Assembly: GCF_000025685.1 (NCBI RefSeq)
Contig: NC_013967.1
Location: 2,280,001-2,312,000, forward strand
Direction of reading: 5' to 3'
From: Haloferax volcanii DS2
GTDB taxonomy: Archaea; Halobacteriota; Halobacteria; Halobacteriales; Haloferacaceae
DNA length: 32,000 nt
Below, piece after piece: positions 17,996-26,784 of the stretch (position 1 is its first letter; every line of letters begins with the position of its first letter). Position numbers and translations under genes: made by a program. The notes beneath the pieces were generated by a model. That model searched no databases. It worked only from the letters and a program-made list of their open reading frames with translations, and was not told the origin of the DNA.

Positions 17996-18724
17996 TCAGA
18001 GCAGTTTCGAGAGGAACTGCTTGCCGCGGTCGGTCTTCGGGTTCTCGAAGAACACCTCGGGCGGCGAGTCCTCGACGACTTCGCCGTCGGCCATGAGGAC
18101 GATGCGGTCGCCCACCTCGCGGGCGAAGCCCATCTCGTGGGTGACGACGAGCATCGTCATGCCCTCGTCGGCGAGGTCGTGCATCACGTCGAGCACCTCC
18201 CCGACGAGTTCGGGGTCGAGCGCGCTCGTGACCTCGTCGAACAGCATCACGTGGGGGTCCATGGCGAGCGCGCGGGCGATGGCGACGCGCTGTTGCTGGC
18301 CGCCGGACAGTTGGTTCGGGTAGGAGTTCGACTGCGCGCCGAGGCCGACGCGGTCGAGCAGTTCGTCGGCGCGGCGCTCGGCGTCTCCTTTCTTGAGCCC
18401 TTTCACCTTCGTGGGTGCGAGCGTCACGTTCTCCCGCGCCGTCTTGTGGGGAAAGAGGTTGAAGCTCTGGAACACCATGCCGATGCGCTGGCGCAGGCGG
18501 TTGATGTCAGCGTCGGCCGCGGAGATGGACTGGCCTTCGAGGCGAATCTCGCCGCCCTGAATCTCTTCGAGGCGGTTCGCACAGCGAAGCAGCGTCGACT
18601 TTCCGGACCCCGAGGGGCCGATGACGACGCACACTTCGCCCTCCTCGACGTTCAGGTCGACGTCTTTCAGGACGTGCGTGTCGCCGAAGTACTTGTTCAC
18701 CTCGTCGAATTCGAGCAGACTCAT
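17996..18724 (-). CDS. polar amino acid ABC transporter ATP-binding protein (GlnQ-like)
   Basis: 242 aa. It has Walker [10 protein letters not shown], signature LSGGQQQRV and Walker B MLFDE. Its ATG overlaps the upstream permease stop (ATGA). Confidence 0.9.
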   Translation of the reverse strand: MSLLEFDEVNKYFGDTHVLKDVDLNVEEGEVCVVIGPSGSGKSTLLRCANRLEEIQGGEIRLEGQSISAADADINRLRQRIGMVFQSFNLFPHKTARENVTLAPTKVKGLKKGDAERRADELLDRVGLGAQSNSYPNQLSGGQQQRVAIARALAMDPHVMLFDEVTSALDPELVGEVLDVMHDLADEGMTMLVVTHEMGFAREVGDRIVLMADGEVVEDSPPEVFFENPKTDRGKQFLSKLL

Positions 18725-19551
18725 CGGCGGTCACCTCCCCAATCCGAGCGCTCCTCCAAGTAGGTCACGAGTCGCATCAGCGGCAGCGTTATCGAGAGGT
18801 ACGCGATGGCGACGAGGACGAGCGGCGTCCACGGGTCGAACGTCGCGCTGTTGACGCTCCGGAACGCCTGCATCAGTTCGGGGATGGCGATGATGGTGAG
18901 CAGTGAGGTGTCCTTCACGAGGATGACCTGGTCGTTACCGATGGCCGCGAGGGCGTTGCGCCACGCCTGCGGGACGACCACCTCGCGCATCCCCTGGATG
19001 TAGCCCATGCCGAGCGACCGGGCCGCCTCCATCTGCCCGTCGGGGACGGCCCCGATACCGCCGCGGACCGCCTCGCCGACGTAGGCGGCGTGGTTCAGCG
19101 TCAGCGCGATAATGGCCGTCGGGAACCCCCAGTTCTGTACCGGGAACGTCCCCGGCCACAGCGTCGGGATGCCGAAGTAGATGACGAATATCTGGAACAG
19201 AAGCGGCGTCCCGCGGAAGAACTGGACGTACGCCGTCGCGATGCCGTTCGTTATCGCCGTCTTCGAGACGCGCGCGAGGCCGACGAACACGCCGGCGGTC
19301 ACCGAGAGGATACCGCCGATGACGACTATTTGGAGCACCAAGAGGTACGCATCAACGAACTGCGGAAGGATGGTCCGCATCAGCGCGAAGTCGACCTGCG
19401 TGGCGACGATGTAGGCGACGAGCGCCAAGACGGCGAGCGCGAACAGACTCGACAGCCCCACGCCGAGCCACTTCAGGCTCGTGTCGTCGATGAACCCGCC
19501 GCTCCCGTGGTCACCGTCCTCGGCGGTCGCCCCTGAGTATGTGTCTGCCAT
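18721..19551 (-). CDS. polar amino acid ABC transporter permease (His/Glu/Gln/Arg/opine family)
   Basis: 276 aa. It has the [12 protein letters not shown] and EAARSLGM (EAA loop) motifs and multiple TM helices. Confidence 0.9.
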   Translation of the reverse strand: MADTYSGATAEDGDHGSGGFIDDTSLKWLGVGLSSLFALAVLALVAYIVATQVDFALMRTILPQFVDAYLLVLQIVVIGGILSVTAGVFVGLARVSKTAITNGIATAYVQFFRGTPLLFQIFVIYFGIPTLWPGTFPVQNWGFPTAIIALTLNHAAYVGEAVRGGIGAVPDGQMEAARSLGMGYIQGMREVVVPQAWRNALAAIGNDQVILVKDTSLLTIIAIPELMQAFRSVNSATFDPWTPLVLVAIAYLSITLPLMRLVTYLEERSDWGGDRR

Positions 19552-19594
19552 GAGTTCGAGTGTCTCTGTCAGTCGATAAAAAGGGGGGCCGCGT

Positions 19595-20488
19595 TCAGCC
19601 CTCGAAGTACTCGGCGTATATCTCGTCGTACGTCCCGTTCTCTTTGATGGCGGCGAGCGCCTCGTTCACCCGCTGGCGGAACTCGTCGTCGTCCTGACGG
19701 AACGCGATGCCGTAGTTCTCGACGGTGAGCGTGAGGTAATCGGGGGCGTTCTCGCCGGACTCGGCGGCCGCGCCCTCGCCCTGAAGGAAGCGGACCTCCC
19801 CTTCGCCTTGGTTGTTGACGAACTCCGCGTTGACGGTGTTGTCGTTGATGACGGCGACGACCTGCCCGTTGACGAGGGCCTGGAACGCGCCGGTGACCTG
19901 GTCGTACTGGTTGAGTTCCAGTTCGCCGTCGAACTCCTCCTGTAACTCCAGGGCGGCGTCGGCGCCGGTGGTGCCCTTCTGGACGCCGACGGTCGTCCCG
20001 CGGAGGTCCTCTCTGGACTGGATGTCGCTGTCCTGCCGGACGATGACCGTCTGGTACGCGGTGAAGTAGGGGTCCGAGAAGTCGACCTCCTGCGCGCGTT
20101 GGTCGTTGATGGTCATCGCGGACATGATGATGCGGAAGTTGTTGTTGTTCAGCGAGGGGATGATGGAGTCGAAGCTCGTCGGCTTGAACTCGTAGTCGAT
20201 GCCGAGTTGACCATCGAAGACGGCCTCTGCGATGTCGACGTCGAACCCGGTGAGGTCGCCTTCGATCGTCTCGTACTCGAACGGACGGTACGGAATGTCC
20301 GAACCGATAGTAATCGTCTCGGGCAGCTCGCTCGCCTCGCCGGACTCGGTCGAGTCGGTGGTTTCGGCCTCGGTCGTCGAGGTCGTCTCGGTCGATTCAC
20401 TCTCGCCTTCGCCGCCGCCGAGACAGCCGGCCAGCGTGAACGCGGCCGCGGCTCCGGCGGAGCCCTTCAGAAAGGTGCGACGTTCCAT
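19595..20488 (-). CDS. polar amino acid ABC transporter substrate-binding lipoprotein with Tat signal
   Basis: MERRTFLKGSAGAAAAFTLAGC has a twin-arginine motif plus a lipobox Cys. A Thr/Glu/Ser-rich linker and an SBP_bac_3-like domain follow. I chose the ATG at 20488. A TATA-like GTTATATGG lies about 27 nt upstream on the minus strand. Confidence 0.85.
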   Translation of the reverse strand: MERRTFLKGSAGAAAAFTLAGCLGGGEGESESTETTSTTEAETTDSTESGEASELPETITIGSDIPYRPFEYETIEGDLTGFDVDIAEAVFDGQLGIDYEFKPTSFDSIIPSLNNNNFRIIMSAMTINDQRAQEVDFSDPYFTAYQTVIVRQDSDIQSREDLRGTTVGVQKGTTGADAALELQEEFDGELELNQYDQVTGAFQALVNGQVVAVINDNTVNAEFVNNQGEGEVRFLQGEGAAAESGENAPDYLTLTVENYGIAFRQDDDEFRQRVNEALAAIKENGTYDEIYAEYFEG

Positions 20489-20776
20489 AACAGCCCTCAG
20501 GTAGCACAGCACCATATAACACTTCTTCGGTCCGCTCCTCAATTCATGTCGATATTGACGAAAAATATCCGGGAATTGTGTGGATGGGTGAGATATATGT
20601 CTAACTGAAACATCTTCACCACACTATCGTCTTCTCGGATTAATCTACAACTATCACGTGAGATGTTGTCTCTGCTGGGGTAGACGGCGGAATCGTTGCC
20701 GACGGAACCAATCGAGCTGCCCAAAGAGTGACTGCGAGGAGCCGCGAGGAGCAGTGAGCCGCGCCGATGCCCGTCG

Positions 20777-21610
20777 TCAGTCGGCGTCGTTCAGCTCGCC
20801 AGCCTGCGGCACGGGGAGGCCGCCGCGGACGAGGACCGCCGCGCCGACGACGAGGACGAGCGCGAGGACGGTTCCGCCGAGGTGGGCGAGTTCGAGCACC
20901 GGGCCGTACACCTGCCGGCCGGCGATGAGGAGCGCGAGGACCACGACGCTCGCGGGCGCGGTGACGAACCTGAGTCGGCCGTAGGCGTCCGCCCGCGGGC
21001 CGTGGGCGGCGTTCGCCCAGAGCGTGACGGCGAGGAGCGCGGCGTAGGTGGCGAGGCCGACGACGTAGTAGACGGCCTGCGTCGTCGGGCCGAAGGAGAC
21101 GAACGCGTGGGGCGCGAGGACGAGCATGACGGGCGCGCCGACGAGCGCGAACCTGACCGCGTCGGCAATGCGGGGGACGCCGCGGTCAACGAGTCCCCGC
21201 GCGGCGGCGGCGACGACGGCGGTGAAGATGGAGGTCGCGACCACGTAGTGGGCGGTGAGGATGACCCACTCGTACTCGGTGACGGTGAGCGCCCCGAGGA
21301 CGATTTGGAACGGGAGGATGACCGTGGCGACGACGAGCGCGTAGCGGACCCCTTTTGCGACGCCTTCGCGCCACGCCTGCACGGTCGTCCCGAGGATGAG
21401 AAAGCCGGTGAGCATGGCGACGAGGCGGTGGAACCATTCGAGGAAGCTGCTCCAGTTGGCCGGGAACAGGCCGAGGAAGCCGTCGCAGAACGGCCAGCGC
21501 CCGGCGCAGGTGAGACCCGCGCCCGCGGCGGCGGTGTACACGCCGAGGACCATCAGGACGCCGGTCATCGCGGCGGCCCCCGCGAGGAGGCGGCGAAGCC
21601 GAGGTGTCAT
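20777..21610 (-). CDS. ctaA: heme A synthase (COX15/CtaA family)
   Basis: 277 aa, multi-pass membrane protein. GLTCAGRWPFCDG and LEWFHRLVAMLTG match conserved CtaA Cys/His features. Confidence 0.8.
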   Translation of the reverse strand: MTPRLRRLLAGAAAMTGVLMVLGVYTAAAGAGLTCAGRWPFCDGFLGLFPANWSSFLEWFHRLVAMLTGFLILGTTVQAWREGVAKGVRYALVVATVILPFQIVLGALTVTEYEWVILTAHYVVATSIFTAVVAAAARGLVDRGVPRIADAVRFALVGAPVMLVLAPHAFVSFGPTTQAVYYVVGLATYAALLAVTLWANAAHGPRADAYGRLRFVTAPASVVVLALLIAGRQVYGPVLELAHLGGTVLALVLVVGAAVLVRGGLPVPQAGELNDAD

Positions 21611-21634
21611 ACGCGTGGGTCAGGACCGCGCGAA

Positions 21635-21640
21635 CTTATA
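21635..21640 (-). promoter_or_regulatory. TATA box candidate for (leaderless) ctaA
   Basis: TATAAG on the minus strand is centred about 28 nt upstream of the ctaA ATG at 21610. Confidence 0.4.
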
Positions 21641-21769
21641 CATGGCGAGGAGAATACCCGCGCCTAAAGGCGCGGGATTAATCCGTCAACCCCTCCACTA
21701 ACCACGTTCGATAGCACGCTCGTTACTTTTAATATACTAATTCTTATAAGTATTTATAACCATAGTCAG

Positions 21770-23038
21770 ATGCTGGAGACAACCCGAACCTATCGAGCGA
21801 CAATCGTCAATCACTCGCAAGTGAGTGACGACCTCGATGACTGCGGACACTCCGCGTCGAAACTGTGGAACGTCGCCCGCTACCACATCCAGCAAGAATG
21901 GAACGATACCGGCGAGATTCCGTCTGAAGCCGACCTCAAGCGCGAATTAAAAGACCACGAACGATATAGTGACCTCCATTCTCAGTCAAGTCAGCGCGTT
22001 CTCGAAGAACTCGCTGAGTCGTTCACCGGTTGGTTCAAAAAGCGCAAGAACGGCGACACAGATGCGAATCCGCCCGGCTACCGAAAGCGAGGCGACAACC
22101 ACCCACGCTCCACCGTGACGTGGAAGCAGCACGGCATCAAACACGACACCTCGAACAATAGGCTCCGTCTCAGCAAGGGGTTCAACCTCAAAAGCCACCG
22201 TTCGGACTTCATCCTCTGCGAGTACGAGACGCGTCCGGACGTGACCGTAGAGAACATCCAGCAAGTGCGAGCCGTATGGAACGGCGACAGATGGGAACTG
22301 CACCTCGTCTGCAAGGTCGAAATCCCCGTCGAGGACGCTCCCGGCGATAACGCCGCAGGTATCGACCTCGGCATCAAGAACTACCTCGCCATCGCTTACG
22401 ACGACGGTGAGGCGGAGTTGTATTCGGGGAACGTGCTGAAACAGGACAAACACTACTTCACCCGTGACGAGTACGATACCGAAGGCGAGAACGGGCCGTC
22501 ACGTCGTGCGCTTCGCGCTCGCCAGAAGCTCTCGCGTCGGAAAGACCACTTCCTGCACGCACTCTCCAAGCACATCGTCGAGCAGTGTATCGACCACGAG
22601 GTCGGTCGTATCGCCGTCGGTGACTTGAGCGATATTCGAGAGGATGAAAATGGTGACTCTCGGAATTGGGGTACACGTAGAAATAAGAAACTCCACGGCT
22701 GGGAGTTCGACCGGTTCACTCGTCTGCTCGAATACAAGGCCGAAGAACACGGGATTCTCGTAGACCGCAAGAGTGAGCGAGATACGTCAAAGACGTGTTC
22801 GTGCTGTGGGCGGAAGCGTGAGGCGAAGCGCGTGGAGCGTGGGTTGTACGTCTGTGAGTCGTGCGGTGTGACGATGAACGCGGACGTGAACGGTGCGGTC
22901 AACATTCGCAGAAAGATAACTCAGAATCCTCCGACGGAGGATATGAGTAACGGTCGTTTGGCACGGCCAGTAGCCTACCTGTTCACTCAAACCTCGGGGC
23001 GTTTTGCACCGAGCGAGCAGGCGGGTTGCAAACCCTAA
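21770..23038 (+). CDS. tnpB: TnpB-like RNA-guided endonuclease (IS605 OrfB / IS1341-type transposase-associated protein)
   Basis: 422 aa. The RuvC-I motif is AAGIDLGIKNYLA and the Glu region is HGWEFDRFTRLLEYKAEEHG. The zinc finger is TCSCCG...YVCESCG and RuvC-III is MNADVNGAVNIRRK. Confidence 0.9.
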   Translation: MLETTRTYRATIVNHSQVSDDLDDCGHSASKLWNVARYHIQQEWNDTGEIPSEADLKRELKDHERYSDLHSQSSQRVLEELAESFTGWFKKRKNGDTDANPPGYRKRGDNHPRSTVTWKQHGIKHDTSNNRLRLSKGFNLKSHRSDFILCEYETRPDVTVENIQQVRAVWNGDRWELHLVCKVEIPVEDAPGDNAAGIDLGIKNYLAIAYDDGEAELYSGNVLKQDKHYFTRDEYDTEGENGPSRRALRARQKLSRRKDHFLHALSKHIVEQCIDHEVGRIAVGDLSDIREDENGDSRNWGTRRNKKLHGWEFDRFTRLLEYKAEEHGILVDRKSERDTSKTCSCCGRKREAKRVERGLYVCESCGVTMNADVNGAVNIRRKITQNPPTEDMSNGRLARPVAYLFTQTSGRFAPSEQAGCKP

Positions 23039-23140
23039 TATCCCAACTGCGGTCGGGATTCCCGCGTTGACGAGACGCTCTGCGTCTCGTTCGCACACCA
23101 GAACACTCTGCGTTCTGGGGACGTCTTTAGGCACGGGAGG
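23039..23140 (+). ncRNA. candidate 3' part of the tnpB-associated omega-RNA/reRNA (scaffold probably starts inside the tnpB 3' end)
   Basis: Three consecutive hairpins lie immediately after the tnpB stop. They are ATCCC/GGGAT (23040-23059), a 9-bp stem plus G:U ACGAGACGC-tct-GCGTCTCGT (23069-23091), and a 7-bp stem CCAGAAC-N7-GTTCTGG (23098-23118). The ends are not determinable from a single copy. Confidence 0.35.
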
Positions 23141-23257
23141 ATGTCAAATCTCGTCAGTATGGTCCTCGAAGGCGTCGTCGTGAGGGTGGTCGCTCGCGCG
23201 GGTGACACGCCCCATCCGAGCCGTCCCATTCAAGTCGGTTCGGTTGGACGCGCGAAC

Positions 23258-24364
23258 ATGGACGAGCGACTCGACTCCCGAGCAGACCGACTCGACGCGT
23301 ATCTCGCAGACCGCGACCTCGAAGCGGTCTGGTTCGCCCGACCGAACTCTTTCGCGTGGCTCCTCGGCGGCGACAACGTCGTCGACCGCGACTCGCCGTT
23401 GGGCGTCGCCGCCGCCGGCTACGACGGCGACGAGTTCCACGTCGTGACGGACAACATCGAAGCGACCCGCCTGCTCCACGAGGAACTGCCCCACGAGGAC
23501 GTTCGCGTCCACCGCTTCCAGTGGTACGAGGGCTCGCTGGCGTCCGGCGTCGAGTCGGTCTCACCGACCCCCGCCGCCGCCGACTTCGACGTGCCCGGTT
23601 TCGAGGACGTGGACGCCGCGGCTGTCCGCCAGCCGCTTTCCGACGCCGACATCGAGGCCTACCGCGAACTCGGCCGCGACGCGGCGAGCGCGGTCGAGCG
23701 GGTCTGTCGCGAACTCGCGCCGGGCGACACCGAACACGAGGTCGCCTCCGGTCTGAAAGTCACGCTCAGCGCGATGGGCATCGAAGCGCCGGTCGTGCTC
23801 GTCGGGGGCGGACGACGCGCCCAGAACTACCGCCACTACACGCCCAAACAGGAGGAACTCGGTGACTACGCGCTCGTCTCGGTGACGGCTCAGCGCGGCG
23901 GCCTCTACGCGAGTTGCACGCGGACCGTCGCGTTCGACGCGCCCGAGTGGCTCGAAACCCGCCACGAGGGGGCGATGCAGGTCGAGACGGAGGCGCTGGC
24001 GGCGACCCGAAAGGCCGCCGCGGAGGGCGGTACTGCGGGCGACGTGTTCGACGCCATTCGCGACGCCTACGACTCGGTTGGCGAGTCCGAAGAGTGGCTG
24101 AACCACCATCAAGGCGGCGCGGCCGGGTTCGCCGGCCGCGAGTGGTTCGCCACGCCCGACGCCGACGACGAAGTCCACGCGCCGATGGGCTACGCCTACA
24201 ACCCGACCATTCAGGGCGCAAAGAGCGAGGGAACCGCGCTCGTCACTGACGAGGGCGTCGAGCCGCTGACCATGACCGGCCGCTGGCCGACCCGGACCGT
24301 GACCGACGCCGACGAGACGGTCGAACTCGAACGGCCGGAAATTCTTCACATCGAACCGGAGTAA
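23258..24364 (+). CDS. M24 family metallopeptidase (Xaa-Pro aminopeptidase/creatinase fold)
   Basis: MDERLDSRADRLDAYLADRDLEAVWF... is a creatinase-like N-domain. The C-terminal pita-bread region has HHQGGAAGFAGREW and EGTALVTDEGVEPLT. I chose the ATG at 23258 over the track start at 23141, which would lie inside the IS right flank. Confidence 0.7.
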   Translation: MDERLDSRADRLDAYLADRDLEAVWFARPNSFAWLLGGDNVVDRDSPLGVAAAGYDGDEFHVVTDNIEATRLLHEELPHEDVRVHRFQWYEGSLASGVESVSPTPAAADFDVPGFEDVDAAAVRQPLSDADIEAYRELGRDAASAVERVCRELAPGDTEHEVASGLKVTLSAMGIEAPVVLVGGGRRAQNYRHYTPKQEELGDYALVSVTAQRGGLYASCTRTVAFDAPEWLETRHEGAMQVETEALAATRKAAAEGGTAGDVFDAIRDAYDSVGESEEWLNHHQGGAAGFAGREWFATPDADDEVHAPMGYAYNPTIQGAKSEGTALVTDEGVEPLTMTGRWPTRTVTDADETVELERPEILHIEPE

Positions 24365-24369
24365 TTTTT
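24365..24369 (+). terminator. oligo-T terminator directly after the peptidase stop codon
   Basis: gagTAATTTTTcgag, with T5 beginning at the base after the stop. Confidence 0.45.
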
Positions 24370-24422
24370 CGAGCGGAGCGGCGTCGATTCGTCGCCGCGA
24401 CCTCGCCGCCGTCCGTCGGGGG

Positions 24423-24451
24423 TTCGACTATTGTCGAAGTCAAAATTCGAC
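24423..24451. promoter_or_regulatory. overlapping palindromes TTCGAC-N4-GTCGAA-N7-TTCGAC upstream of the malic enzyme gene
   Basis: I read ggTTCGACtattGTCGAAgtcaaaaTTCGACg directly, 45-73 nt upstream of the ATG at 24496. Confidence 0.35.
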
Positions 24452-24495
24452 GTTGTTGAATAGCTTTTTGCCCCCTGCGTGAGGACGTGTGGGTC

Positions 24496-26751
24496 ATGGG
24501 ACTGGACGACGACTCACGGAAATATCACAGACAGGACCCGCCCGGAAAAATCGAGATAGCGACGACGAAGCCGACGAACACACAGCGCGACCTGAGTCTG
24601 GCGTACTCGCCGGGCGTGGCCGCGCCGTGTCTCGACATCGCGGAGGACGAAGACGCCGCCTACGAGTACACCGCGAAGGGCAACCTCGTCGGCGTTGTTT
24701 CCAACGGCTCCGCCGTCCTCGGGCTGGGGGACATCGGGGCGCAGGCGTCGAAGCCGGTGATGGAGGGCAAGGGCGTGCTGTTCAAGCGCTTCGCCGACAT
24801 CGACGTGTTCGACGTCGAACTCGACATCGCCGACGTGGACGACTTCGTGGCGGCGACGAAGGCGATGGAGCCGACGTTCGGCGGCATCAACTTAGAGGAC
24901 ATCAAGGCCCCGGAGTGTTTCGAAATCGAACGACAGCTCCGGGAACAGATGGATATCCCCGTGTTCCACGACGACCAACACGGCACGGCCATCATCTCCG
25001 GGGCGGCGCTTTTGAACGCCGCCGACATCGTGGACAAGGACCTCGACGAACTCGACATCGTCTTTTCGGGGGCGGGCGCGTCCGCGCTCGCGACGGCGCG
25101 GTTCTACGTCTCCCTCGGCGCGAAAAAGGAGAACATCACGATGTGCGACTCCTCGGGCATCATCACCGAGTCGCGCGTCGAGGACGGCGACGTGAACAAG
25201 TACAAAGCCGAGTTCGCCAAGCCGGTCGACGAGGGCTCGCTGTCGGACGCGATGGAGGGTGCGGACGTGCTCGCGGGGCTCTCGGTCGGCGGCATCGTCA
25301 GTCAGGAGATGGTGCGGTCGATGGCCGACAACCCGGTCATCTTCGCCATGGCGAACCCGGACCCCGAAATCACCTACGAGGACGCGAAGGACGCCCGCGA
25401 CGACACGGTTATCATGGCCACGGGTCGCTCTGACTACCCGAATCAGGTGAACAACGTCCTCGGGTTCCCCTTCATCTTCCGCGGCGCGCTCGACGTGCGC
25501 GCGACCGAGATTAACGAGGCGATGAAGCGCGCCGCCGCCGAGGCGCTCGCCGAACTCGCCCGCCAGGACGTGCCCGACGCGGTCGTCAAGGCCTACGGCG
25601 ACCACCCGCTCCAGTTCGGTGCCGACTACGTCATCCCCAAGCCGCTGGACCCCCGCGTGCTGTTCGAAGTCGCCCCCGCGGTCGCGCAGGCGGCGATGAC
25701 CTCCGGCGCGGCCCGCGAGCGCCTCGACATGAACGCGTACCGCGAGGAGTTGGAAGCCCGCCTCGGGAAGTCCCGCGAGATGATGCGCGTCGTCCTCAAC
25801 AAGGCGAAGTCGAACCCAAAGCGGGTCGCCCTCGCGGAGGGCGAAGACGAGAAGATGATTCGCGCCGCCTACCAGATGCAGGAGGAGGGTATCGCCGAAC
25901 CCATCCTCGTCGGAGAGACGACGACGATTCTGCGCAAGGCCGAAGAGCTGGGTCTCGACTTCGACCCGACTATCGCCAACCCCCGCGACGGCGAGTGGGA
26001 CCACTACGTCGACCGTCTCTACGAGCTTCGACAGCGGAAGGGCGTCACGAACTCCGAGGCCGAGGAGCTCGTCCGCCGCGACTCGAACTACTTCGCCAGC
26101 GTGATGGTCGAAGTCGGTGACGCGGACGCGATGCTGACGGGTCTCACGCACCACTACCCGTCGGCGCTTCGCCCGCCGCTCCAGATTATCGGCACGGCCG
26201 ACGACGCCGACTACGCCGCCGGCGTCTACATGATGACGTTCAAGAACCGCGTCGTCTTCTGCGCCGACACGACGGTCAACCTCGACCCCGACGAGGAGGT
26301 TCTCGCGGAGATTACGAAGCACACCGCGGACCTCGCCCGTCAGTTCAACGTCGAACCCCGCGCGGCGCTGCTCTCGTACTCCAACTTCGGCAGCGTCACG
26401 AACGAGGGGACGCGCAAGCCCCGCGACGCCGCGGCGCTCCTGCAGGACGACCCCGAGGTCGACTTCCCGGTCGACGGCGAGATGCAGGCCGACACCGCCC
26501 TCGTCGAGGACATCCTCGAAGGAACCTACGACTTCGCTGAGCTCGACGGCCCCGCGAACGTCCTCGTGTTCCCGAACCTCGAAGCCGGGAACATCGGCTA
26601 CAAACTGCTCCAGCGACTCGGCGGCGCGGAGGCCATCGGCCCGATGCTCGTCGGCATGGACAAACCCGTCCACGTCCTCCAGCGCGGCGACGAAGTCAAA
26701 GACATCGTCAACCTGGCGGCGACGGCGGTCGTGGACGCGCAGGAAGAGTAA
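24496..26751 (+). CDS. maeB: NADP-dependent malic enzyme, MaeB type (malic enzyme domain fused to phosphotransacetylase-like domain)
   Basis: About 751 aa. [37 protein letters not shown] and GAGASA are malic enzyme motifs. The C-terminal 330 aa are PTA-like ([16 protein letters not shown]...). The start could also be the GTG at 24487. Confidence 0.9.
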   Translation: MGLDDDSRKYHRQDPPGKIEIATTKPTNTQRDLSLAYSPGVAAPCLDIAEDEDAAYEYTAKGNLVGVVSNGSAVLGLGDIGAQASKPVMEGKGVLFKRFADIDVFDVELDIADVDDFVAATKAMEPTFGGINLEDIKAPECFEIERQLREQMDIPVFHDDQHGTAIISGAALLNAADIVDKDLDELDIVFSGAGASALATARFYVSLGAKKENITMCDSSGIITESRVEDGDVNKYKAEFAKPVDEGSLSDAMEGADVLAGLSVGGIVSQEMVRSMADNPVIFAMANPDPEITYEDAKDARDDTVIMATGRSDYPNQVNNVLGFPFIFRGALDVRATEINEAMKRAAAEALAELARQDVPDAVVKAYGDHPLQFGADYVIPKPLDPRVLFEVAPAVAQAAMTSGAARERLDMNAYREELEARLGKSREMMRVVLNKAKSNPKRVALAEGEDEKMIRAAYQMQEEGIAEPILVGETTTILRKAEELGLDFDPTIANPRDGEWDHYVDRLYELRQRKGVTNSEAEELVRRDSNYFASVMVEVGDADAMLTGLTHHYPSALRPPLQIIGTADDADYAAGVYMMTFKNRVVFCADTTVNLDPDEEVLAEITKHTADLARQFNVEPRAALLSYSNFGSVTNEGTRKPRDAAALLQDDPEVDFPVDGEMQADTALVEDILEGTYDFAELDGPANVLVFPNLEAGNIGYKLLQRLGGAEAIGPMLVGMDKPVHVLQRGDEVKDIVNLAATAVVDAQEE

Positions 26752-26784
26752 CGCGAAGTTCGCCGCCAGTTTCTCTTCGAATCC

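Larger units (their letters stand above)
21641..23140 (+). mobile_element. IS200/IS605-family, IS1341-type element carrying tnpB only (no tnpA); boundaries approximate
   Basis: A roughly 1.5 kb block has clearly lower GC than its flanks. It contains a tnpB ORF, an AT-rich 5' region, a perfect 8-bp hairpin at 21657-21676 near the left end, and hairpins at 23040-23059, 23069-23091 and 23098-23118 near the right end. I saw no terminal inverted repeats, as expected for this family. Confidence 0.7.

Noticed and set aside
20637-20645. The 9-mer GGATTAATC is shared with the left end of the tnpB element (21675-21683), hinting at a solo IS end or MITE on the other side of ctaA.
   Set aside because: Only 9 nt match and the flanks align poorly. 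A single 9-mer match in 32 kb is within chance expectation.
20727-20757. The pattern AGTGA-ct-GCGAGGAGC-c-GCGAGGAGC-AGTGA just downstream of the ctaA stop.
   Set aside because: It is a short direct repeat with no inverted symmetry and no hairpin potential. It is too small to interpret and is probably a local duplication.
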